Below are positions 24,788 to 37,244 of a DNA stretch of 45,362 bases, piece by piece. Each line of letters opens with the position of its first letter. Within the stretch, counting starts at the first letter, position 1. Where the stretch lies: contig NIVC01000650.1 in the NCBI GenBank assembly GCA_002269645.1, positions 262,194 to 307,555 on the forward strand, written 5' to 3'. Under the pieces are notes generated by a model, which saw only the letters and a list, made by a program, of their open reading frames with translations, did no database searches and was not told the origin of the DNA. Source of the stretch: Macrostomum lignano (taxonomy: Eukaryota). A program made the position numbers and the translations under genes.

Positions 24788-25029
24788 AGAAGTCGGTATT
24801 CCTGACCGTTGACAACAACTGCAGCACCCTGGAGCTGCTCAGTCGGGTTGAGTCGGCCACTCCGTTCGGCCGGACCCCGGGCCACTACAACATCGGCGCG
24901 ATGTTCTACCGCAGCGAGGCCGTCAACTCCATGGTGGACATCCCAGCTAGCCGGCTGTTCACCACGTCGCCTGACCAGCTGAACGTGCTCACCTACGAAA
25001 TTCGAACGATAGCCCTGGTTGGACAATGA
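24788..25029 (+). CDS. Orphan coding exon, copy 1 (EKSVFLTVDNNCSTLELLSRVE...LNVLTYEIRTIALVGQ*); possibly a ubiquitin-like fold
   Basis: Strong C/G third-position bias like the neighbouring true exons, a CCCCAG acceptor and a TGA stop. I could not identify upstream exons. The fold call is pattern-based only. Confidence 0.55.
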
Positions 25030-25267
25030 CTCGCATGCATGTACATGTACAAGTAGTGACTAGTGTTGACCGGTAAACTTTATTGTGAATACAAATAATG
25101 CCGACAAGAAATTTATGTAGCCCCTTTTTAGCACTGGCTCGCCAAGTACCCAGTTTAGGATTCTGAGGATGATTTAATTTAACAGCAATAAGTAAGAATT
25201 GCTCTGTTTTCTTTCAAATAAAAGTCAATATGATGACTATAACTCGTACTAATTAACGAGACTGACG

Positions 25268-25272
25268 GATAA

Positions 25273-25351
<79 letters not shown>

Positions 25352-25368
25352 AATAGATAGATAGATAG

Positions 25369-25403
<35 letters not shown>

Positions 25404-25408
25404 GATAA

Positions 25409-25468
<60 letters not shown>

Positions 25469-25476
25469 ATATATAT

Positions 25477-25528
<52 letters not shown>

Positions 25529-25560
25529 ATAGATAGATAGATAGATAGATATATAGATAG

Positions 25561-25619
<59 letters not shown>

Positions 25620-25646
25620 TATATATATAGATAGATAGATAGATAG
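25268..25646. repeat. (GATA)n microsatellite with AATA/TATA variants
   Basis: Directly visible. Confidence 0.98.
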
Positions 25647-26599
25647 TAGATAGCGAGAAAGAGCGAGCGAAGCGAGCTCTTTCGAGCTTGCTTGCCGCAG
25701 CCAATCAAGCTGAATGCACGCACACAAGATCACCGGAAACGATTAAGGCAGCTGGAAAGCCAATGGGCGCGGTAAGCGCTTTTATCCAGAGGAACTACCT
25801 GCTGGAACCAGCCTGCCGTTCGAAAATCAGACTACTCAAGTAGTGCAAAAGAGTGCGAGCAACTACCGAGAAATCTAATTTTCGTAACCGCTCCGGTGCA
25901 GGTCCTGGCAATAGATGGTAGATAGCGAGAAAGAGCGAGCGAAGCGAGCTCTTTCGAGCTTGCTTGCCGCAGCCAATCAAGCTGAAAGCACGCACACAAG
26001 ATCACCGGAAACGATTAAGGCAGCTGGAAAGCCAATGGGCGCGGTAAGCGCTTTTATCCAGAGGAACTACCTGCTGGAACCAGCCTGCCGTTCGAAAATC
26101 AGACTACTCAAGTAGTGCAAAAGAGTGCGAGCAACTACCGAGAAATCTAATTTTCGTAACCGCTCCGGTGCAGGTCCTGGCAATAGATGGTAGATAGCGA
26201 GAAAGAGCGAGCGAAGCGAGCTCTTTCGAGCTTGCTTGCCGCAGCCAATCAAGCTGAAAGCACGCACACAAGATCACCGGAAACGATTAAGGCAGCTGGA
26301 AAGCCAATGGGCGCGGTAAGCGCTTTTATCCAGAGGAACTACCTGCTGGAACCAGCCTGCCGTTCGAAAATCAGACTACTCAAGTAGTGCAAAAGAGTGC
26401 GAGCAACTACCGAGAAATCTAATTTTCGTAACCGCTCCGGTGCAGGTCCTGGCAATAGATGGTAGATAGCGAGAAAGAGCGAGCGAAGCGAGCTCTTTCG
26501 AGCTTGCTTGCCGCAGCCAATCAAGCTGAATGCACGCACACAAGATCACCGGAAACGATTAAGGCAGCTGGAAAGCCAATGGGCGCGGTAAGCGCTTTT
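25647..26599. repeat. 272-bp tandem repeat, ~3.5 copies
   Basis: TAGATAGCGAGAAAGAGCGAGCGAAGCGAGC starts at 25647, 25919, 26191 and 26463. ORF starts at 25795/26067/26339 have period 272. Confidence 0.96.
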
Positions 26600-27065
26600 A
26601 CCGCGGGATAGCAGAGGGATAGGGGCGGTAAAGCGCAGTTCTGGGGGGGCGCCAAGGCCAGAGTTGGTGATTGGGGGGGGGGGCTCGGCCCCCCTTGCCC
26701 CCCCCCTCTGGCTACGCCCCTGTGTGTGAGTGCGTAAGGTATTGGCGCGCTTGTCTGTGATCAGGAGTCAGCGGGACGGGGCAGAATTGATGTCAGCACC
26801 GATTGTGGGACGATCTCGCCAAAGGCATTGCACCAGAGTGCCCTGCATAGTAGAGCCTAATTTCTCATGTAGTGCACGACAAGACTCTGGCACTTTTACA
26901 TGTACATGTAGCCCCTGGTGCTAAAACCCCTGGTACTGGCGTCCCCTGGTACTGGCGCCACTGGTGCTGGCGCCCCTGGTGCTGGCACCCCTGGTACTGG
27001 CGTCCCCTGGTACTGGCGCCACTGGTGCTGGCGCCCCTGTACACCCGCCCGATGCCGCACCCCAG

Positions 27066-27307
27066 AGAAGTCGGTATTCCTGACCGTTGACAACAACTGC
27101 AGCACCCTGGAGCTGCTCAGTCGGGTTGAGTCGGCCACTCCGTTCGGCCGGACCCCGGGCCACTACAACATCGGCGCGATGTTCTACCGCAGCGAGGCCG
27201 TCAACTCCATGGTGGACATCCCAGCTAGCCGGCTGTTCACCACGTCGCCTGACCAGCTGAACGTGCTCACCTACGAAATTCGAACGATAGCCCTGGTTGG
27301 ACAATGA
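27066..27307 (+). CDS. Orphan coding exon, copy 2 (same peptide as 24788-25029)
   Basis: Same sequence within the duplicated segment. Confidence 0.5.
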
Positions 27308-27546
27308 CTCGCATGCATGTACATGTACAAGTAGTGACTAGTGTTGACCGGTAAACTTTATTGTGAATACAAATAATGCCGACAAGAAATTTATGTAGCC
27401 CCTTTTTAGCACTGGCTCGCCAAGTACCCAGTTTAGGATTCTGAGGATGATTTAATTTAACAGCAATAAGTAAGAATTGCTCTGTTTTCTTTCAAATAAA
27501 AGTCAATATGATGACTATAACTCGTACTAATTAACGAGACTGACGG

Positions 27547-28832
<1,286 letters not shown>

Positions 28833-29429
28833 AATGCAAGCCCGCTTCCCCCATGTCTCTGACTTTGCTACACGTATTCAAATTGTAGTTTTATTTCAAC
28901 AGCTTTTTAGCAGTTCAGGCGCCAACAACACAGCCAGCAAGTCTTCATTTAACTGCACAGTGAAGTGCTATCTAATTAAAAAAATTAACTTTTATCGTGC
29001 TATTTGCTGAGTTAAATCAAGTTAGTCCAGATTAGCTGCTAATCAAAGAAAATCTGCGGATTTCAAACGAAGAAAGCTAATTAAGAGCTACAGATGTCCC
29101 TTTGATCCGGTTCGACCAGAACTAGAACTCCCCTGACTCGCCGGGAAGAGGAAAAGTTTCCATTTAAACAAAGCAATCCGAGCTCGAGAAATTCAAGCTT
29201 TTAATTAGCAAACTAGAAAGTTTTCCTGCCGTCTATTAGAAACCCTATCTATAGTGTTGGGTACTTTCTCAGTTAAAGTAAATTAGTCGATTTCTTGACG
29301 AAGGATGGCACTGAGAGAATGACGTCAGCAACGAAAACTAGAATTCAGTGAGAGCAAAACAGCACTTGCATATAGCAACTCTGGATGGTGCCACTCACTG
29401 CGACTTCACTCTCAGATCGTCCAGCGAGT

Positions 29430-30330
29430 GCTATTTCTACCCCAAAGTTCTTCAGCAAGTGCTATTTCTACCCCAAAGTTCTTCAGCAAGCGCTATTTTT
29501 CTACCCTAAAGTTCTTCAGCAAGCGCTATTTCTACCCCAAAGTTCTTCAGCAAGCGCTATTTCTACCCTAAAGTTTTTCAGTAAGCGCCATTTCTACCCC
29601 AAAGTTCTTCAGCAAGCGCTATTTTCCTACCCTAAAGTTCTTCAGCAAGCGCTATTTCTACCCTAAAGCTCTTCAGCAAGCGCTATTTCTACCCTAAAGT
29701 TCTTCAGCAAGCGCTATTTCTACCCCAAAGTTCTTCAGCAAGCGCTATTTCTACCCTAAAGCTCTTCAGCAAGCGCTATTTCTACCCTAAAGTTCTTCAG
29801 CAAGCGCTATTTCTACCCCAAAGTTCTTCAGCAAGCGCTATTTCTACCCTAAAGTTCTTCAGCAAGCGCTATTTCTACCCTAAAGTTCTTCAGCAAGCGC
29901 TATTTCTACCCCAAAGTTCTTCACTAAGCGCCATTTCTACCCTAAAGTTTTTCAGTAAGCGCCATTTCTACCCTAAAGTTTTTCAGTAAGCGCCATTTCT
30001 ACCCTAAAGTTCTTCACTAAGCGCCATTTCTACCCTATAGTTCTTCAGCAAGCGCTATTTCTACCCTATAGTTCTTCAGCAAGCGCTATTTCTACCCTAT
30101 AGTTCTTCAGCAAGCGCTATTTCTACCCTATAGTTCTTCAGCAAGCGCTATTTCTACCCTATAGTTCTTCAGTAAGCGCCATTTCTACCCTATAGTTTTT
30201 CAGTAAGCGCCATTTCTACCCTATAGTTCTTCAGCAAGCGCTATTTCTACCTGAAGAACAAGCGCTATTTCTACCCTATAGTTATTCATTAAGCGCCATT
30301 TCTACCCTATAGTTTTTCAGTAAGCAGAAA
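29430..30330. repeat. Satellite, 31-bp unit TTCTACCC(C/T)A(A/T)AGTTCTTCAGCAAGCGCTAT, ~28 copies
   Basis: Period 31 (29641, 29672). Confidence 0.96.
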
Positions 30331-30739
30331 TTTCTACTCCAGATCCTTCAGTAAGCGCCAGTTTGACCTCTGATACTGATTTAAATGTCCTCGGGGCCTA
30401 GCAAACAGAAAAGCTTTGAAGCCAAAAGCAAAGCATAGCCGTCTGTCATTTGCTTATGTTAAAAAAATTGTTAGAATTTGCAAATTTGCATTTGTTTTCA
30501 TCAGTTGACGAAATTCCAAAAATGCTTGAAAAAAAATCATAGACGGGTTTTCGTCAATATGTAATTTTATACGCGCAAACAAGCAAAGTGCTACTACTGT
30601 AAGTAAACAGTTAAGTGAATTTTTAAACAATGATATCAGGCAAAACAGAATAAAAAATTGTATTTTTGCAATAATCAAAAGCCAATGGCAGCCCAAGGTT
30701 ACAGTAGGGTCATCTAAGGACACTAGAGGTCAATAAAGG

Positions 30740-31006
30740 TCACGGCGCCAATTCGGCGCTGTAGACGCTCTCCGAGTCGGCCTCTGGGGCGGCACGCGGA
30801 ACCGACAGCGCTAATAAGTCGTCGACACCTTCAACGAACAGGCCGGGCACGAGGGACTCCAGCTGGGTCGGCACCAGGGCCAGGCCCTCGGGCTGGGACA
30901 ACAGGTGGCAATTCTCTGACAGGACCAATCGGCGAAGATTTTTCAAACGCCACAGACTGGCGACGCCCTCCCAGGTGATGCCGGGGCAGTCGGATATCTC
31001 CAGCAG
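30740..31006 (-). CDS. DMAC2: DMAC2/ATP5SL exon 3 (LLEISDCPGITWEGVASLWRLKNLRRL...LESLVPGLFVEGV...*)
   Basis: CCCCAG acceptor, phase 0, matching the exon 2 donor. The LRR-like pattern matches the DMAC2/ATP5S family C-terminus. TGA at 30742-30740. Confidence 0.85.
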   Translation of the reverse strand: MLEISDCPGITWEGVASLWRLKNLRRLVLSENCHLLSQPEGLALVPTQLESLVPGLFVEGVDDLLALSVPRAAPEADSESVYSAELAP

Positions 31007-31070
31007 CTGGGGTTGCCGGGTTGGGGGTGAAGCTGATTTAATAATGATCAGTGAGCAACAGCTGCTTGCG

Positions 31071-31143
31071 GGGGCCGCAGCCTAGCGGTCTGGCGCGGCG
31101 CTATGATGTGCCAGCGGCCCAGGCTCGATTCCAGGTGCAGCCA
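31071..31143 (+). other. Degenerate tRNA-like / SINE head in DMAC2 intron 2 (antisense to the gene)
   Basis: A-box-like AGCCTAGCGGTCTGGCGC and B-box-like GGCTCGATTCC at tRNA spacing. The acceptor stem does not pair, so this is not a functional tRNA. Confidence 0.4.
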
Positions 31144-31171
31144 GAGTAATTTGTTACAGCGACTCAGTAAT

Positions 31172-32125
31172 TCAGGAATACTTCAGGAGCTTGGGAATAC
31201 TTCAGGAACTAGGGAATACTTCAGGAACTAGGGAATACTTCAGGAACTAGGGAATACTTCAGGAACTAGGGAATAGTTCAGGAACTAGGGAATACTTCAG
31301 GAACTATAGTTCAGGAACTAGGGAATACTTCAGGAACTAGGGAATACTTCAGGAACTAGGGAATACTTCAGGAACTAGGGAATGCTTCAGGAACTAGGGA
31401 ATACTTCAGGAACTAGGGAATACTTGAGGAACTACCGAGTACTTCAGGAACTAGGGAATACTTCAGGAACTAGAGAATAATTCAGGAACTAGGGAATACT
31501 TCAGGAACTAGCGAGTACTTCAGGAACTAGGGAATACTTCAGGAACTAGCGAGTACTTCAGGAACTAGAAAATACTTCAGGAACTAGGGAATACTTCAGG
31601 AACTAGGGAATACTTCAGGAACTAGTGAATACTTCAGGAACTAGGGAATACTTCAGGAACTAGGGAATACTTCAGGAACTAGGGAATACTTCAGGAACTA
31701 GCGAGTACTTCAGGAACTAGGGAATACTTCAGGAACTAGCGAGTACTTCAGGAACTAGCGAGTACTTCAGGAACTAAGGAATACTTCAGGAACTAGGGAA
31801 TACTTCAGGAACTAGGGAATACTTCAGGAACTAGGAAATACTTCAGGAACTATAGTTCAGGAACTAGGGAGTACTTCAGAAACTAGGAAATACTTCAGGA
31901 ACTATAGTTCAGAAACTAGGAAATACTTCAGGAACTATAGTTCAGGAACTAGGGAGTACTTCAGAAACTAGGAAATACTTCAGGAACTATAGTTCAGAAA
32001 CTAGGAAATACTTCAGGAACTATAGTTCAGGAACTAGGGAATACTTCAGGAACTAGGAAATACTTCAGGAACTAGGAAATACTTCAGGAGCTTGGGAGCA
32101 CTTCAGGAACTCGAGAATACTCCAA
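31172..32125. repeat. Intronic satellite, 19-bp unit TACTTCAGGAACTAGGGAA
   Basis: Period 19 (31201, 31220). It fills DMAC2 intron 2. Confidence 0.96.
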
Positions 32126-32199
32126 GAACTCGGGAATATACCAGCTGAGAAACACTTATAAGCTAATGCCTCAAATTAAAGTTTAACCATGACACAAAC

Positions 32200-32405
32200 C
32201 TTCAACGTTTTGCAGCGAGCCGCCAGTCTAGCAAGCAGATGATCGTCAACAAAGGGGCATCGGCGAAGCCGCAGGAACTGCAGACTGCGCAGCCGCTCCA
32301 GCCAATCAACGGAGTCGGACATCAGCAGGGCGTCGCGAGCGTCAATTGCCTCGATGGCCAGAGATGGCAGCGACCGACTTGGCAGGGCCGGCAGGGCGCC
32401 AGTCT
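32200..32405 (-). CDS. DMAC2: DMAC2/ATP5SL exon 2 (IEAIDARDA...LERLRSLQFLRLRRCPFVDDHLLARL)
   Basis: TGCAG acceptor (phase 1) and AAG|GTTTGT donor (phase 0). The family motifs EA(V/I)DA and C..VDD..L.RL are present. Confidence 0.88.
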
Positions 32406-32457
32406 CTGCACAGTGCAATCGGTTTTAAGGATTCTTCCATATTGTGCTTAGCATTCA

Positions 32458-33030
32458 TATCTGACTATCTGTCTGACTCCCTACCTGACCTCCTCCTACC
32501 TAACCTCCTAGGCTCCTACCTGACCATTTATCTGACTATCTAGATGACTACCTACCTGACCTCCTACCTGACCATCTGTCTGACTCCCTACCTGACCTTC
32601 TACCTGACCATCTGTCTGACTCTCTACCTGACCCCCTACCTGACCATCTGTCTGACTATCTATATGACTACCTACCTGACCTCCTACCTGACCATCTGTC
32701 TGACTCCCTACCTGACCTCCTACCTGACCATCTGTCTGACTCCCTACCTGACCATCTGTCTGACTCCCTACCTGACCATCTGTCTGACTCCCTACCTGAC
32801 CTCCTACCTGACCATCTGTCTGACTCCCTACCTGACCATCTGTCTGACTCCCTACCTGACCACCCATCTGACCACCCTACCCGATCACCTATCTGACCCC
32901 CTACCTGACCCTACCCGATCACCTATCTGACCCCCTACCTGACCATCTGTCTGACTCCCTACCTGACCACCCATCTGACCCCCTACCTGACCATTTATCT
33001 GACTCCCTACCTGACCATCTACCTGACCTT
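32458..33030. repeat. Intronic minisatellite, 12/24-bp units (CCTACCTGACCATCTGTCTGACTC)
   Basis: Fills DMAC2 intron 1 and explains ORFs 32508-32930. Confidence 0.94.
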
Positions 33031-33141
33031 TTGATAGCATCTGAAATATCACCAGACTCTACCAATATGAGCAATAATCTGACCAATTTAAAAGCAAGCT
33101 ATCACCGCCACAGCACTCAGCAGCAGCGGGAGTACACTAAC

Positions 33142-33583
33142 CAGAAACTCCCAGCCAATCATTAGGCGAGTTCGAGAAGGCCACCCGACAGCCCAGTCGA
33201 ACGAGTCGATCAGCTGCCGCCACTTCCACACCAAATTTCTCCACCAAAACTGTATCAAACGCTTGCACCTGCTTAATCCACTGATATCGTTTTCGAATTA
33301 TTTTATCATCGTAACTGTGCCTACTTTTAGTAGTTAATCCGATCAGCATTGCTCGCATGAGGTCGCCTCGATGCTCTTTAGTCATGTCCCAGCCTTCGGT
33401 GACGCGGGGAGCCCCAACCCATTTGGCTATGCGACCTGTGAACAGTTTGTCCGGCACCTGCGGCTTGTCCTGCGACTGGCCCGGCCGCTGGGGCAGCAGC
33501 TCCTCTAAGCGGAGTCGGCTGCTTGAGTAGCAGCGGCGACTGGCGACGCGTCTGAGTACTGACAGTAGCATGGAGTGCAACAT
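33142..33583 (-). CDS. DMAC2: DMAC2/ATP5SL exon 1 (mitochondrial targeting peptide; FGVEVAAADRLVRLGCRVAF..W)
   Basis: ATG at 33583 followed by an Arg/Ser/Leu-rich presequence-like N-terminus. Phase-1 donor G|GTTAGT. The spliced CDS is 915 nt (304 aa). Confidence 0.85.
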
Positions 33584-33605
33584 CAAAGTTAAGGTTGTGC
33601 TTGAA

Positions 33606-34540
33606 GCGATTGTCTCGCTATGGCGTATTTTGGGGCGATTGTCTCTCTATGGGGTATTTTGAGGCGATTCTCTCTCGCATTGGGGTATTTTGGGGCGATT
33701 CTCTTACTATATGGGGTATTTTGGGGCGATTATCTTAGTATATGGGGTATTTTGGGGCGATTATCTTAGTATATGGGGTATTTTGGGGCGATTATCTTAC
33801 TATATGGGGTATTTTGGGGCGATTATCTTACTATATGGGGTATTTTGGGGCGATTATCTTACTATATGGGGTATTTTGGGGCGATTCTCTTACTATATGG
33901 GGTATTTTGGGGCGATTCTCTTACTCTGTTGAGTATTTTGGGGCGATTCTTTCTTTATGGGGTATTTTAGGGCGATTCTTTATGGGGTATTTTGAGACGA
34001 CTCTCTATGGAGTATTTTGGGGCAATTCTATCGCTATAGGGTATTTTGGGGCGATTCTCTTACTCTATAGGGTATTTTGGGGCGATTCTCTTACTCAATT
34101 TGCTATTTTGGGGCGATTCTCTTACTCTATGGGATATTTTGGGCCGATTGTCTCTCTATGGGGTATTTTGAGGCAATTCTCTCTTGCATTGGGGTATTTT
34201 GGGGCGATTCTCTTACTCTGTGGAGTATTTTGGGGCGATTCTTTATAGGGTATTTTGAGACGATTCTCTATGGAGTCCTAGGCAATTCTTGGGCAACTTT
34301 TGGGCAATTCTATCGCTATGGGGTATTTTGGGGCGGTATCTCTTTATGCGGTATTTTTGGGCGATTCTGTAAGGATAATTTTGGGGCGATTGTTTTTCTA
34401 TGGGGTATTTAGGGGCGATTCTCTATGGGATATTTTTGAAGCAATTCTATTTCTATGGGGTATTTTGGGGTGATTCTCTATGGGGTATTTTGGGGCGGTT
34501 CTCTCTCTTATGGGGTATTTTGGGGCGATTCTATATATGG
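33606..34540. repeat. Satellite, ~27-31-bp unit TATGGGGTATTTTGGGGCGATT(C/A)TCTTAC, between LSM14 and DMAC2
   Basis: Directly visible. It ends ~22 bp upstream of the DMAC2 ATG. Confidence 0.94.
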
Positions 34541-35221
34541 TAGTATCTTTCAGTACTTAAGCTTAAATATCCCTTTAAACTAATAAAGTAAAAGTGCATA
34601 GAAAAATAAAAGTACACGAATACGTTAGTTATCCAACAATAGCAGCAGTTAGAGAGATACAGAAACAAAACAGCATATATCAATAGAAAGTATCCATCGT
34701 TTATATGATTTTGCTAATTATTCTTGCAGCATGTAAGACAAAGATATATCATTGAAGACATTTTCCACACTTTACACACTGCTGCTAATGTACTTATGAT
34801 GTATTGTAATTATATTAATATTAGAGAAACAACACAGGTTACAGATGCCACAAAATTAAACCAAAGCGGGGAGAAGACACGCAGACGGAGAGATCAGACA
34901 GACTGAAATGCAACACACATTACATGCTATTCTTCACTGGTAGCTACAGATCTATGTACTTTTATCTGTACACGGATGAACACATTTTCAAAAGTATCAA
35001 ATAACAGAACATTAATGACATTTTCAGACATGGAAAATGGATAAGTGTTTCAAAACCAAAGAGGAGTTGGGATATTTTAGTAGATCAAATATGGAGTCTT
35101 TTTGCTTAACAATCTTTTAGAAGAAGAAAAACAATACTCGCCAGAACTGGTAAAACTTCGTCATCAACTTAATAGACACGTCACTTCTCGATCTTTACCA
35201 CGCCATTTTGAATAACTAATT

Positions 35222-35671
35222 TTAACGCCAGTTGTCGCTATCTGGACCGCTGAAGGACCTCCAGCCGCCGCCGCCGCCGCCGCCGCCGCCGCCCCAGCCT
35301 CCTCCGCCGCTGCCCCAGCCTCCATCGCCGCCGCCCCAGCCTCCGCCGCCCCAGCCTCCGCCGCGGCCGCCCCAGCCGCCACCGCCGCCGCCGCCTCGAT
35401 GACCACCGTAGCCGCCGCCCTGATTATAATTATAACCCCGCTGTCTATAGTTGTTGTTACCGTAGTTATTATTGTAGCTATTGTTGTTGCCATAGTAACC
35501 ACGGTTGCCGCCGCGTTGCTGCTGCTGGCCGCCGCGATAGCCGCCGCCACCGCCGCCAGCGACGGAGCCAAAAGTCTCGACGTCGATGCGTCGCCGCTGT
35601 TGCCGGCCGCTGAGGCCGCCGCTCGGGCCGCCGGGGCCGCCAGCGCCAATGGTGTCGAAGAAGGATTTTTT
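35222..35671 (-). CDS. LSM14: LSM14 exon 3 (FFD box KKSFFDTI, TFG box RRRIDVETFG, RGG-rich tail)
   Basis: CCACAG acceptor, phase 0, joins YDK|KKSFFD. TAA at 35224-35222. Confidence 0.93.
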   Translation of the reverse strand, partial: KKSFFDTIGAGGPGGPSGGLSGRQQRRRIDVETFGSVAGGGGGGYRGGQQQQRGGNRGYYGNNNSYNNNYGNNNYRQRGYNYNQGGGYGGHRGGGGGGGWGGRGGGWGGGGWGGGDGGWGSGGGGWGGGGGGGGGGWRSFSGPDSDNWR

Positions 35672-36670
35672 CTGTGGGATCATGATTTGTGGGATTTTCA
35701 AGTGGGATCATAATTTCTGGATTTTTTCTGTGGGATCATGATTTGTGGGATTTTCAAGTGGGATCATGATTTCTGGGATTTTTTTAAGTGGGATAATGAT
35801 TTCTAGGATTTTTTCAGTGGGATCATGATTTCTGGGATACTTTAAGTGGGATCATGATTTCTGGGATTTTTTCAGTGGGATCATGATTTCTGGGATACTT
35901 TAAGTGGGATCATGATTTCTGGGATTTTTTCAGTGGGATCATGATTTCTGGGATACTTTAAGTGGGATCATGATTTCTGGGATACTTTAAGTGGGATCAT
36001 GATTTCTGGGATTTTTCAGTGGGATCATGATTTCTGGGATACTTTAAGTGGGATCATGATTTCTGGGATACTTTAAGTGGGATCATGATTTCTGGGATTT
36101 TTTCAGTGGGATCATGATTTCTGGGATACTTTAAGTGGGATCATGATTTCTGGGATACTTTAAGTGGGATCATGATTTCTGGGATACTTTAAGTGGGATC
36201 ATGATTTCTGGGATTTTTTCAGTGGGATCATGATTTCTGGGATACTTTAAGTGGGATCATGATTTCTGGGATTTTTTCAGTGGGATCATGATTTCTGGGA
36301 TACTTTAAGTGGGATCATGATTTCTGGGATTTTTTCAGTGGGATCATGATTTCTGGGATACTTTAAGTGGGATCATGATTTCTGGGATACTTTAAGTGGG
36401 ATCATGATTTCTGGGATTTTTTCAGTGGGATCATGATTTCTGGGATACTTTAAGTGGGATCATGATTTCTGGGATACTTTAAGTGGGATCATGATTTCTG
36501 AGATATCTTCAGTGGGGTCATGATTTCTGAGATATCTTCACTGGGGTCATGATTTCTGAGATATCTTCAGTGGGATCATGATTTCTGAGATATCTTCAGT
36601 GGGGTCATGATTTCTGAGATATCTTCAGTGGGATCATGATTTCTGGGATCTTTTCAGTTGGATCATGGTT
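35672..36670. repeat. Intronic satellite, 29-bp unit AGTGGGATCATGATTTCTGGGAT(ACTTTA/TTTTTC), ~34 copies
   Basis: Period 29 (35821, 35850), with two interspersed variants. It abuts the exon 3 acceptor. Confidence 0.96.
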
Positions 36671-36802
36671 TCTCGAATTTTAATAATTGTTATAAGCTAG
36701 CCGAAGTGCTAAACCAGCTGATTGATAATCTGAAACTGACTGCCAAGCGCTATACATATGTAGCGAGGAGGATTTATATATTATCGATATGATTTAATTC
36801 AC

Positions 36803-37180
36803 CTTGTCGTACGCTGGCGCAAGTTCGGCATCAGGTCCGGTCCCGCCGTCTCCGCCGCTCCCAGTTGGTTCGTCGGTTTTTTTCAGTTCGTCAGGATCCA
36901 AGGCGGAAGCAACGGCGGCGGCAGCAGGCTGCTGCTGCTGCTGGTCATCTGCCGGCTTGCCGGAGTCAGAGGACACGTCCAGGAGTCGCAGCTCCTGTTC
37001 GAGGACAGCATTAGCCGAATCGAAATCGTAGTCAACATCGAACCGGTTTGGCGGGCAGTCGTTCAGCGGAACTGGGGGTCCCTGCTGCTGCTGCTGCTGC
37101 TGGCGTGGCGGAAGGCGCATCTGCTGCTGCGGCTGCTGCTGTGGCGGCACAATGGGCGGCCCGCTCATGAGGTGCTGCGG
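36803..37180 (-). CDS. LSM14: LSM14 exon 2 (Gln/Pro linker, FDF motif RFDVDYDFDSANAVL)
   Basis: TTTTTCTCCAG acceptor and AAG|GTGAAT donor; 378 nt, phase 0/0. Confidence 0.92.
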
Positions 37181-37244
37181 CTGGAGAAAAACAGTAAAAT
37201 AATAACGTTAGCAACTGCTGATACGATAAAAAACTCTCACGAGA

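Noticed and set aside
31071-31143. Possible tRNA gene
   Set aside because: A- and B-box-like motifs are present, but the acceptor and anticodon stems do not pair. Kept only as a SINE-like remnant.
32508-34412. ORFs 32508-32930 (GGQVGSQTD / YLTICLT) and 33690-34412 (WGILGRFSY)
   Set aside because: Satellite translations inside DMAC2 intron 1 and the LSM14-DMAC2 gap.
35164-35713. Ala-rich ORFs overlapping LSM14 exon 3 (35164-35649 minus, 35399-35713 plus)
   Set aside because: Off-frame or antisense reads of the GGC-rich RGG region. The true frame carries the FFD and TFG boxes.
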